Positions 19,780 to 31,300 of a DNA stretch of 64,000 bases are shown here, in pieces; position 1 is the first letter of the stretch, and the number at the start of each line of letters is the position of its first letter. The position numbers were made by a program, and so were the translations under genes. This DNA comes from Histomonas meleagridis 2922-C6/04-290x (Eukaryota > Protista > Parabasalia). The notes beneath the pieces were generated by a model, which saw only the letters and a program-made list of their open reading frames with translations, was not told the origin of the DNA and did no database searches. The stretch covers positions 558,001-622,000 of the forward strand of contig JAANOX010000205.1 in assembly GCA_020184695.1 (NCBI GenBank). Reading direction: 5' to 3'.

Positions 19780-22700
19780 TTATACAGAAAGTTGATCAAT
19801 ACCATTATCTTCTTTGAAGTCTTTTGCAAATGGATCTTCATCATTATTTGTCATTGACAATACACTTGATGGCGCATTTATATTTGTTATGGAAACATCC
19901 TCAAAACTATTAGAAATTTGTTCAACAGACACACGCTTTTTGTTTTTAATACGAACTATTAGCACAATAAGTAAAACAATTATGATAATAACAATTATAG
20001 CAACAATCACACCAATTATAATGCTATTGTTTGTGTTATCATTGTCGTCAATATCTTCGATTGCATAAAAAATAGTAAAGAAATTAGAATAAAAACTAAA
20101 AGCAGAAGGAAATATAATAATTGTATATTCGTAATAAATAAATTCCGTATAAATATATGTGTGAACTGAGTTAATAATTGAAACTGTATAAGTTATAGAG
20201 GTATAATTTTGATGTGAATATGTTTGTGTGTATGAAATTAAATATGTTAAAGTGAGTGAATACAAAAAACTTAATGAAAAATTTGATATAAATGAATTTG
20301 AGTTTAAATTTGACTTATTTGATACTGTAAATGTGCTAGTTTGAGTAGATGGTCTTGAGTATGTATGCATTTGATTTGGTGAATGTATTAGAATTTGTGT
20401 ATGTATTTGATTGTGAAAATGTATTACTTTGACTAAATATATTCGATTGACTAAAATTATTTGATTGTGAAAATGTATTTGATTGTGAAAATGTATTACT
20501 TGTTGAAAATGTATCACTTTGACTAAATGTATTAGAAATACTTAAAGTATTTGTTTGTGAAAATGTATTTGATTGACTGAATGTATTACTTTGGCTGAAT
20601 GTACTCGAATGACTAAAAGTATTTGATTGCGAAATAGTATTTGATTGACTAAAAGTATTACTTTGTGTAAATGTAATCAAGAATGTATTTGAATGTGTGA
20701 ATGTATTTGTTGGAGGGAGACATTCATCAAGTGTTCCAAATGTTACCAATAAATCACCAAATTTTGTACCGGTATATGTATCCAATGTCATTATAATCTT
20801 TGCAAGTACATTCGTAAATACACTACTACCAAATGTTGGTTTGTTTTCACCATAAAAATAAATCCATGAAAGTTTATTACAATTGTTGAAAGCATATCCA
20901 TTGATTTTAGTAACGCCTTTACCGATATGAGCTTGTCTTAAATTATAACAATATTGAAAAGTTCCAGTATTTATTGTTTGAACATTTTCACCTATGGAAA
21001 TAACTTCTAAATTATTACAATATCGAAATACATATGTTCCAATTGAAGTTAATGAATTAGGTAATGTAATATTTAATAGTGAAGAACATGTATTAAACCC
21101 AAAATTTCCTATTGTAGTTAATTTTTCACCAAAAATAATCTTAGATAAATTATAGCAATATTGAAATGCATAATTTCCGATAGTTACTAAATGTGAAAAT
21201 GTAACAATTCTTAAAAAATAACATGAATAAAATGAATAAAGCTCAAGTTCAGTTACAGTATCAGGAACTACATATGTTTTATTTGTATATCCAGTAGGAT
21301 AGCTTATGATTTTTTCAAAATCCTTCGTATAAAGAATTCCATCATTATTTAAATATGCATAATTTGGATTATTTTCATCAACTTTTATGTATTGTAAATT
21401 ATGACACGCTGCAAAAGATCCATAACCAATTGAAGTAACTGATTTTGGAATTGTAATATTTACTAATGAATCGCAAAATTGAAAAACATTGTATTCGATT
21501 GTAGTAACAGATTCACCAATTGTAACAATCTCTAAACCTGAACATGAGTGAAAGGCGTATGAACTAATCAAAGTTACAGTACTTGATATTGCTATAGTTT
21601 TTACTGAAGAACAATATTGAAACATATTTTCTGAAATCTGTGATAAATTTCCATTTATTTATTCTAAACTTGTGCAATTATAAAAAATGCATAGTTGTTA
21701 ATATTTGTTACTGAAGTTGTAATTGTAATATTTTTCAAGTAATAGCTTGATTCGAAGGCATAATATTCAATATCAGTTACAGTATCTGGAATTATATATA
21801 TTACATTCGTTTTTCCTGCCGGATAACCGATGATTTTATTTAGAGCTTTGTTATAAATAATGCCATCATTATTATAATTTGCATAATTTGGATTATTTTC
21901 ATCCACTATAATGTTCTGTAAACTTTTGCATGCTCCAAATATGTTAACACTAATTGAAGTAAGAGTGCTTGGAATTGTGACACTTGTTATTGAATAACAA
22001 TGCAGAAATGCATTTGTTCCTATTGAAGTAACTGAACTTGGAAAGACAATATCCTTTAATGACACACATACCTTGAATGCAAAATCACCAATTATATTTA
22101 CACTTTCACCATTTACTACTGTTTTTATATCATAACATTGCTCAAATGCACTTCCTTCAATTGCAGTTACCAAGTCACCAATTTCAACAGAAATTAGCAA
22201 ATTCCAATTATAAAATGAATAGTAACCAATAGCAAAATCACCATTAATGTTAAGGTGTATTGCTTCATCCTTGTAATCTTGTGTGAATTCACTGGAATCT
22301 GTTATATAAAGCGTTTTTGTATCAGCATCGAATACTTCTATGGTATGCACTATAAATATTAGAAACACAATTATGATCAGACAATTTGGATATTTTATTT
22401 TTGTGATAATATCATTGCATATAGATTTCTTATTGTTCAATGTAATAAGAAGCAAATGGTAAACTAAATAAAAACGAATACAGCTTTGAACAAAACTATA
22501 CAAATGCTTTAACCAATGAGTTAAATTGAAATAACGATTTATTATGTTTCTTTCCAAGATTTGAAATAGAGTGGAATTAGAAGTTGAACTTATTATAATT
22601 AAATTTTCATTGATAATTGGCGTAGAAAACAACATGCAATCTGATGGATAAAAATGTTTCTTAGATAATTTGAAAAAATGATTGTCTTCAATACAATAAA

Positions 22701-22869
22701 GTATATAATCAATGACAAAAACATATTCATGCTTACAATATGGGCGCAATTTTTTAGTGTTAGGTGTGATAAAATTTTTTGATACAAAATTTTGCGTGTT
22801 ATCATTTCCAAAATTTTTGTTTATTTCAGAAAATCTTAAAGGCCTTTTAATTGCATTTAAAATGGACAC
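19780..22869 (-). pseudogene. BspA-like LRR surface protein in three pieces (LRR / LRR + SNTFSQ stalk / TM + tail)
   Basis: TpLRR repeats (CxSLxxITIPxSVTSIGxxAF). Frameshift at the T-run 21682-21687 plus in-frame TAA at 21659-21661; second frameshift near 20365 before the Ser/Thr stalk, TM segment and DEDPFAKDFKE tail. Confidence 0.85.
20380..20710 (-). repeat. 18-bp coding repeats (SNTFSQ hexapeptide stalk)
   Basis: Repeated TCAAATACATTTTCACAA-like units. Confidence 0.85.
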
Positions 22870-23240
22870 ATATGTACAAAATGTATAAGTAATGATGGTT
22901 CATTTTGAAGATGAATGTCTCTTTAGCTAACCACAAAATCGAATGTAAACTATTCAAAAAAGCATTGAATTTGCGTCTAACTGTTATGATTTGTGAACAC
23001 CAGAAAAAAAACAACTTCAATTGAAACAACTTTTCAAAAAGTTGTGCCTTATACGGTTTTTGCACATGGAAATGTCATTCAGACGTTGGGTTCTCTATAT
23101 GTGTAATATAAAAGATAAAAACAATTACTCAAGTGAACAAAGGCAAAAATGATTTGCATTCGCATGCGCTCATATAAATTTGTTCTAAAGATTTCGCTTG
23201 GATTCATAAAACAGTAAAAAATTTTTTTTATTAAAAACGC

Positions 23241-25400
23241 TCAGCAAATGGTGCAAACGTTGGCATCCGGATCACTCGGGATGTCGTTAGGCAAAGTGGG
23301 CTTTTCATTCGCATTTTTGTTATCGTTTGTGTTATTATTTTGTTCGTTTCTGTTATTTTGGTTAGCGTTTTTCTCATTATTATTGTTTTGGCTATTATTC
23401 GCATTATTATTTTGTTCGTTTCTATCATTTTGTTTATTATTCGCATTATTATTTTGTTCATTACTATCATTTTGGTTAACATTTTGATTATCATCATTTG
23501 GCTCAACAACTTCTTCTTCCTCTTCCTCCTTTTCGTCAGGTTCGTTAATTCTCTCCAATCGTGCGATATCGCTTATCAATTTCTCCTTTTTATTATTTAT
23601 TTCTTCCGATTCCACAGTATTTACATTTGGTTTCCATGCAAGTACTTCTTTAATTAATTCCTCGATTTTCATCTTTGTTTTATTTGATAATTTTTCATTA
23701 GTTTTATTTTTTCTTCTTATTTTGTAACAAAATGATTTCAAGTCATTAAGTTCGGTTGCGATTTTTTCTTTCTTTTTTTGTTTGATTTGGAATTCTTTTT
23801 CTGCCTCTGCTAATCTTTTTCTTTCTTTCTTGGACATACTTCCTGCATTATTACTGATTTTAATACTTTCACTATTACCTGTTGTTTCATCTACTGCTGA
23901 AACGTGTAAAATTCCATTTTCGTCAACGAAAAACTTCACTTTAATTTTTGGCTTTGAATTTGATGGTTGATCTAATGCCAAAACGAAACTTCCCAAAAAA
24001 TTATTTTCATTGAGATCTTCACTTTCTCCTTCATATATTTCGATATATACAAAAGATTCATTCTTTTCTTTTGAAGTGAAATCATCTTGTACTCTTTCGA
24101 CTGGTATTTGTGTATTACGTTCTATAAATTTACACATTCTATTATCAACATTTAAACCTAATGATATTGGTACAACATCTTCCATTGACTTAATACCAGG
24201 AGGAGGATTACCCTTAAGTATAGCTGCTTGAATTGCTGCACCATATGCAACTGCTGTTCGTGCTTCAATGTTTTGGCGTATTTTTTCATTGCCAAAGTAA
24301 TTACCAAGCATCTTCTTGATATATTGAATATTTGATGAGCCTCCAATAAGAACTACGTCTGTAACTTCTGTCTTCTCCATTCGAACATCGGATAAAACAC
24401 GTTTGACAGTATCTAATGTTGAATCAAATAAATCTGAACATAATTTTTCAAACTCACTTAAGGATATTGTTCTGAATATTTGTTTGTTTTCATATATATT
24501 TGGACAATGAATCGTAGCATTGTTCGATTTCGATAATGTTATTTTCGTGTTCTCACATTTCCGTTTTAACTCAGCTAACGAACGTGGGATTTCACGTAGA
24601 TCAATTCCGTGAATTTCTTTAAAAATGTCTGCAATATAATCAACAAGTCGCATATCAAAATCTTGGCCACCTAAATGAGTGTTACCAGCAGTTGCTAAAA
24701 CTTTAAACTTCCCATCATATACTTCAAGTAATGAAACATCAAATGTACCGCCTCCTAAATCATAAACTAGAACAATATGTTGATCATCATCATATATACC
24801 AATGTTCTTATAGCCATATGCTATTGCTGCAGCAGTGGGCTCGTTTATAATACGTAATACTTTGAACCCGGCAATAATACCAGCATCTTTGGTGGCTTTG
24901 CGTTGCGCATCATTAAAATATGCTGGTACTGTAATGACTGCTTCACTGACATTGCAACCTAAAAAGTTTTCTGCATTTTGCTTAACTTGACCTAAAATCA
25001 TGGCTGAGATTTCTTCTGGATAAAATTGTTTCTTCTCATCTTCCAAGTCAATTTCGATAACTGGTCGATCATTCTTGCCTTTTACAACTTTAAATGGCCA
25101 ATGTCGGAGATACTTTTGAACATCTTTATACCTTTTTCCAATCATACGTTTGGAATCATAAATCGTATTTTGTGGAAACATTGGTGCATTATTGGCTGCT
25201 TCATCAGCAAGTAATCTTTCATCCTTTTTTATTAAAACCATAGATGGTATGGTCGAATTATTCATCAAACTTGGAATACATTGAAGTTCATCATCACTAT
25301 AAATAGCAGCACATGTATAAGTAGTACCAAGATCGATTCCAATTGCAATACTTTGTTTTTCGTTTTGTCTTCTCGCTGAACGTTCACGGAACCGGTTCAT
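23241..25400 (-). CDS. hsp70: Atypical Hsp70 (DnaK family) with N/Q-rich tail, no EEVD
   Basis: IGIDLGTTY, TVPAYFNDAQRKATKDAG, IINEPTAAAIAYG, DLGGGTFDVS, THLGGQDFD. Likely ATG at 25400 (MNRFRE). Confidence 0.93.
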   Translation of the reverse strand: MNRFRERSARRQNEKQSIAIGIDLGTTYTCAAIYSDDELQCIPSLMNNSTIPSMVLIKKDERLLADEAANNAPMFPQNTIYDSKRMIGKRYKDVQKYLRHWPFKVVKGKNDRPVIEIDLEDEKKQFYPEEISAMILGQVKQNAENFLGCNVSEAVITVPAYFNDAQRKATKDAGIIAGFKVLRIINEPTAAAIAYGYKNIGIYDDDQHIVLVYDLGGGTFDVSLLEVYDGKFKVLATAGNTHLGGQDFDMRLVDYIADIFKEIHGIDLREIPRSLAELKRKCENTKITLSKSNNATIHCPNIYENKQIFRTISLSEFEKLCSDLFDSTLDTVKRVLSDVRMEKTEVTDVVLIGGSSNIQYIKKMLGNYFGNEKIRQNIEARTAVAYGAAIQAAILKGNPPPGIKSMEDVVPISLGLNVDNRMCKFIERNTQIPVERVQDDFTSKEKNESFVYIEIYEGESEDLNENNFLGSFVLALDQPSNSKPKIKVKFFVDENGILHVSAVDETTGNSESIKISNNAGSMSKKERKRLAEAEKEFQIKQKKKEKIATELNDLKSFCYKIRRKNKTNEKLSNKTKMKIEELIKEVLAWKPNVNTVESEEINNKKEKLISDIARLERINEPDEKEEEEEEVVEPNDDNQNVNQNDSNEQNNNANNKQNDRNEQNNNANNSQNNNNEKNANQNNRNEQNNNTNDNKNANEKPTLPNDIPSDPDANVCTIC

Positions 25401-25797
25401 CGCTTTAATTAAAAAAAAAAAAAATGCCACGAATATTCTGTTATAACAAAGAAAATAAAGTACTGAATTTCAATTTTTTTTTTTTTGTTTCTGAAGCTTC
25501 CACAAAAAATAAACAATATTGCCGGAGCTAACAAATGTCATTTATCGAAAAAGTTTTTGTTCATTACAATAATGGTGAGAAATTGAAATAGGAATGCAAT
25601 TACTACAGGGATAGAACAGTAAAAATTTATTATTTTTGGCTTTATACCAGTGTTAGAATGCTTATATTAGAACGTGTAACATGTATAATATATATTCGAT
25701 CTACGTTTTTAAATGTTATTCTTCAATTTATTTATCAAAAAAACATGAATAAATGAATTTTTTAATTCAATTTTAGATGAAATTAGTTCTGATGGTA

Positions 25798-26090
25798 TTA
25801 TTTCTGAAGTAATTCAACAATTTCAGTGTAATTTTTTAAGGATGCTTTCATTAGTGCCGTTTAAAGTAGTTAAAATAATTTCCAAATATATTGGTGTTTC
25901 AAATTATTAATTTAGATTCCAAACAAAACGAATAAATATCTATGACATTAATATCAATTCCTTTTTTTCCAATTAAGTTCAATGTTTCTTGATACAGATC
26001 CATAAGCCATAAATATTTTTTAGGATTTTATTTTTCATAAAAAAAAGTTTCACGAGAAATATATTTCCATTTCTTGCTGTTTCATTAATA
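25798..26090 (-). pseudogene. Degraded 3' end of a DUF3447-ankyrin gene
   Basis: INETARNGNIFLVKLFF..KKGIDINVID parallels the 325-1155 C-terminus (INKSARNGNLFLLKYF..KGIDVNTKT); then an insert and *TALMKASLKNYTEIVELLQK*. Confidence 0.75.
25901..25937 (-). other. 37-nt intron-like insert (17 + 20)
   Basis: ATTTATTCGTTTTGTTT + GGAATCTAAATTAATAATTT between I-D and GAA ACA CCA (E-T-P). Confidence 0.7.
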
Positions 26091-26621
26091 AAAACTTGAA
26101 ATAAATAACCTAGAAATCCTGAAAAAAGTGAAAACGGTGAAGAAGATATTCATAGAAAAAAAGCTTCGATGTTTGAAATTTTTTCACATTCTAATATACA
26201 CAGAAAAACTCGAACTTAAAATTCATCATGACCGGAATAAGCAGGGGGACCAATGGGCGATTCTGTGGTGATATTACTTGATGTACATCAGGGTAGCCTG
26301 TTTTCCATTGAGATTTGAACGTTTTTCTCCACCATTACACCACTTACACTTTTAGAATTACTGCCTTTTCATAATGCATTATTATATGATACACTTTTTC
26401 GTCATAAGTGCACTTTTTGAAATTGAATAGTTTATGATTAATCCACAAATTACATCATTTGTTTCATCATTTTTTCCTATCACAAACCCCAAAATCTCTG
26501 CGGAAATACCAATTTCAAGTCCAAATTCCAAGGCATCATTTTAAGAAAAATTAAACATGTTAACCCCAAATTAATGAAAATCATTGAAAACTTTTTTAAA
26601 ATACTAAACCAATATCAGGGT

Positions 26622-27527
26622 TTAGAAGATTGTACAGGCCTTGTTGTAATAGGCTCTGCGTGATTCAAGTCCATTGTAGCCACCGTTAACTCTAAGAGTA
26701 ACTTGTTCAACTGTAGCACCATTAGCGCATAAGCTGTTCATTCCATTGTTGTACCACCAGAATCCAGCTGATGTCCATGGGTAATATACAGCTACGTAAT
26801 CAACACCTTGCATGACATTCTGATCACCGATATAGTTAGCGAACGCTTGATAGTTATATCTACCAGTGAGTTGGATGTAACCACCGCCCTTGTACTTAGG
26901 TCCATCACCAGCGTAGATGTTACCAAGATCTGAGCGATATTCATAAGCTGTACCACTTGCAAGTTCCTTAGTATACTTACCAAGAGCTGATTCGTGTGCG
27001 CATTGTGAAAGGAAGTGAAGGAGTGAGTTACGGTTTGTGATTCCGAATCTTGAGAGACAGTTATTAAGATCATTGATGATTGAGCTTGATGTATCAACCC
27101 ATCCGAATGCTTGCATTTGTGCTGTTGTGACTGTTCCTGTTGTTGTTGTTGGGGTTGGAACTGGTGTTGAGCCACCACTGGATGATGATGGGATCTTAAG
27201 AACTTGACCAACATAAATTAAGTTTGCATTGCTGATACCATTGAGTGAGCAAATAGCGGAAACTGTGGTACCATATTTTGATGCAATTGCGGAAAGTGTA
27301 TCACCTGATTTAACTGTGTATGTTGTGTATGAGGATGAGCTACCACCATCATCAGAAACTTTAAGAACTTGACCAACATAGATTAAGTTGGCGTTTGTGA
27401 TTCCATTCCATGCTTGAAGTTGTGCAACTGTTGTGCCATATTTTACGGCAATTGCTGAAAGAGTATCGCCGGATTGCACTGTGTAGTACGTCGCTGAAGA
27501 AGCAAGCGCTACCAAAAAGGCAAACAT
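26622..27527 (-). CDS. Secreted LysM-LysM-GH19 (chitinase/lysozyme, endolysin-type) protein
   Basis: Short signal peptide [12 protein letters not shown], two LysM domains ([20 protein letters not shown]...[17 protein letters not shown]/I), PT/T linker, GH19 core [49 protein letters not shown] at 27527. Confidence 0.93.
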   Translation of the reverse strand: MFAFLVALASSATYYTVQSGDTLSAIAVKYGTTVAQLQAWNGITNANLIYVGQVLKVSDDGGSSSSYTTYTVKSGDTLSAIASKYGTTVSAICSLNGISNANLIYVGQVLKIPSSSSGGSTPVPTPTTTTGTVTTAQMQAFGWVDTSSSIINDLNNCLSRFGITNRNSLLHFLSQCAHESALGKYTKELASGTAYEYRSDLGNIYAGDGPKYKGGGYIQLTGRYNYQAFANYIGDQNVMQGVDYVAVYYPWTSAGFWWYNNGMNSLCANGATVEQVTLRVNGGYNGLESRRAYYNKACTIF

Positions 27528-28388
27528 AATAATGCTTCGATAACGCTTTTCACAATTCCCGGAAACCGAAGCTTTCAATTTTTAATGGGGGGTAATTGTG
27601 ATGAATTCATTTTGTTTGTTTTTTAAATAAATATATTTTCGAACACATGAATATTTATTAAATTATATTTATATAAAATAAAAAAGATATTATAATAACA
27701 ATATATATAAATTAGATTTATAATTGCTATTAAGGATTTGGAGATTTGTTCATTTGGTTTTGATGTGTCATTTGCCACAACGATTGTGTGGTATAAAGCT
27801 ATGAAATTTCCGCATCATTCTCTCAAAAAAAATTTTAGCTTCAGAAACCCAATACAATTTTTTGTGAGATTTCAAAATTCACTTTTTGATATCATGATAG
27901 GCCGATTATTTAACACGAAAAAGAGTTTATCCTTTTTAAAAAGTCGATCCGATGATTCATTTTTATCCTTCCATACAGTTGTCCAAACCCAATATCGTAC
28001 AGATGTAACCAAAGCCATAGTATCTCTAATGTTTTTGGAGTCTGTATTACGAGGAAATATTAGATATGTAGGTTTTATTAAATCATCCGAAAAAAAAAAA
28101 AAAAAAACAAAGTCTTTTAATTTCCCATTATATAAAACTATAATTGAATCATTTTTAAATATATGTATAATAGCAAAACACAAATTGCAAATTTTTATCA
28201 ATTTTGATAATTATCAAGAAACATAATATCGTTGAACTCTAAAAAAAGACGACGTAATTAATTAAGTCCTTAATTCACGACTAATCCCAAACCTTTTTAT
28301 TAATATTTTTCCTCCAAAAAATGATTTGTAACAAATTTCGTTTACTATTTCCGCTTCAAATAAGTCACAAAACATTAACATTTATTAA

Positions 28389-31300
28389 TTAAACATATTC
28401 TATTTGATCGTGTGGGAACACTTGAATAATTCCATTACTACAAATACAAATAATTGATGAAATTATCGGGTCATACAGAACGTATTTCACGTTACCGCTT
28501 ACCTTATCTATTTGTTGTATGCACTCTGGCCGAAATGCTTCGAACATGAACAATTCATTTTCATCATTAGTAAACACGACATAATCGAAACACGACGCGG
28601 TGCTAAACGTGAAAACAGATTTAACCTTTCGCGCGAATCTTCTTTTCTTAATCACTTCGCCATTAACGCTTAATAGCATTATGAAATCATCAGTAAACAC
28701 AACAATAAATGACCATTTCTTTGTGATGATAATCGAGTTCACAGTCGATCCAATGTGTACTTTGTTGACACAGTCACCTGTAACTAATGAATGAACACTT
28801 AAATATCCATCAATCGTCACAACAACAAAAATCTTAAATTGTGGTTGTGAACTAATTAAATATATTGGCGCTGAAGCACACATTAATACTTTGTCTATTC
28901 TTGAAGTAAATATCATCGTTCGAACAGTGGTTGTATCGGAGCAGTAAAGTATTGAATTGTCGCAGCATACAAAAAGTGGATTTTCTGATTGAACGAAAAA
29001 AGTGTCAACGGGTTCAAGATTCTTTAAAAGTTCTAATGAACAGCTTTTAGGATTAAAAATAACAAGTTTCTTAGTGTAGCCTGAGACATGCGTACGATTT
29101 TTGATGTTATATGGAAATTGTTCATCACTAAGTGAAGCTTTAATTTGTGGATATGTTTCAATTCGAAGCATACGAAACATTTCTCGGTTGGAAAGGATTT
29201 GTAAGTAGAAGACTAAAGGTTCTTCACGTGATAATATACAAAATGATATTTTGATATTTTTGAGTCTAAGCTTCATGGATTTAGATGGAATCTCCGGTTG
29301 AATAAGTTTTCGTGCGATATGTGGTTTGTTGAAAAGTTGTTCATTTGGTGAATCTTTTGGCATCTTATAACCAAAAATTTGGTCAATGAACAAATGAAGC
29401 TTTTGTGATACTGCAGGAGATTCAAGGATCTTACGGTGTTGATATATAAATCCGAAATCATTGAAAAATTGTTGAGGCAAGAAAAAGCTTTCTGGAGAAA
29501 CAACAGTTTGTTCATCTGGAAGTAAGCTATTAAACACAGTAAAGTCACGTCTTTGTTTTAAGTTAAAGTTTTGTAAAATAGCCGGAAAGACTGGATAATG
29601 CTTGGAATCGTTAAACGTTCTCCCGCTCAAAATGTTCAGTTTCATAAGGTATTCAAAATTGGAAATGAGACCTTTACGCCACCTAACGGTTATTGGGAAG
29701 TCGTTAAACAACGATGACGACGGTTTCTTTTGAATTATTTGAACGTTTGGAAGGGAAATTTTTGGTAAATTATTTTGGACTTTAGGAAAATCGTTTTGAT
29801 CAAAACTTACTAAGAATGTACGACCATTAATAAGGTAAAATTCTAAAGAGTTTGTTATATTTGAATTATTTGTTTTTCTTGTTAATACAATTCGAATTAA
29901 ATGTGATTCAAAAACAACTTTACCAATCTGTACAAGATTATTAAACAGTTGGAATAAAACTCGTTTCTGACTTGAATATTTTATAAGTTCGCATTCACAT
30001 GAAAAGATTGGATCAGTAACTTTAACACTTCGAGTTCCTTTAGTTTTTTGTGTTACACGTTTCATCTTCATTGGGCAATAATATATACAAAATGTTTTAT
30101 CTCTTTTAATTTGTTTGTCATCATTTTGGTTTTCATTTTGAGTTGGCCTTATATCCTTTAAACGGTTTTCCTCTTTTTGAATTTTGTCGAGTGACTTCAC
30201 TTCTGCGTTGTCAGAATTCTGTTCAATTCCGAGTCCAGCTGTTGAAATTCTTCTTGAAATCAATTGAATCTGTGGCAAAATACTACTTATCGTACATTTA
30301 TATGAATACAATTCGTTTTGAATTATTTCATCGAAATCCTTTAATTTATCATTATAAATTTTATCTTTAGTTAAGAAATATTTGAAAATTATGATCAAAG
30401 GTTCTTCTTCGTTTTCATCTTCATTCGATTCATTATGAAATTGTTGTATTTCATTGTAATATGATAATGCAATTTCAGCGCTATCTTTATCGATCCATTC
30501 CATTTCATTATTTAATCGAATTTGGAATGAAGTTTGAATTTGATTAACGTCGAAGTTACTTAAGTATTCGAAATCCTCGAGTTTATTAAATGATTTCTTT
30601 TCATTTTCGATTAAGTCGAAATCGAAATCGAATTGTTCGAAATCATTTAAATATTTATTATATTCATTTACTAAAATTTTATGATATTTTTGACAATTAA
30701 TATGAAAGAATACGGAAGAAAAGAATTTTTGTAGCAAGAATTTAACTTCATTAGTTTCTAATCTTTTAATCAAAATAAATGAAAAAATAAATGAATTAAC
30801 AAATGATTCATCATAAGTGTTTGTAATATATTGAATAAGTTGTACAAAAACATTAAGATAATCAATGTTATCACAAAACGTTTCATCATTTGAACAAAAA
30901 ACAGCAAAAATAAATGTCCACACATTAATTCGTATGTCATTTTTCGCATTAAATGTAAGCATTACAATCCATATGATCCAAAACGTTGAGTTTTGATAAG
31001 CTTTAATTAACTTTTGCGAGTTATCTTTCAGATAATCAATTAAATTATTCATACATTCATCGCCTAATTTAATGGCTAAGAGTACCAAAACAGATATCAA
31101 ATTATGATACTCCGAAAGATGTTTCAACATTAAATTAAAGAATTCAACTGTTTGAGTTTTAAGATTTCTAAATATCGTAACAAAGAATGTATCGACGTTA
31201 TCTTCTTTACCTATGAAATGTGTTACTATTAATATTGCTTCATTAATTTCAATGTCATCATCAGATAAAAGTAATAAAAGTTGTGGAAAATGATTTTTTA

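Noticed and set aside
26622-27527. LysM-GH19 gene as part of a prophage or bacterial contaminant
   Set aside because: No adjacent phage or bacterial genes; eukaryote-type signal peptide; flanked by parabasalid-type ankyrin and BEACH sequence.
27738-28226. 162-aa (+) and 109-aa (-) ORFs
   Set aside because: Non-ATG starts, homopolymer-driven composition and no motifs; probably non-coding or unrecognisably decayed.
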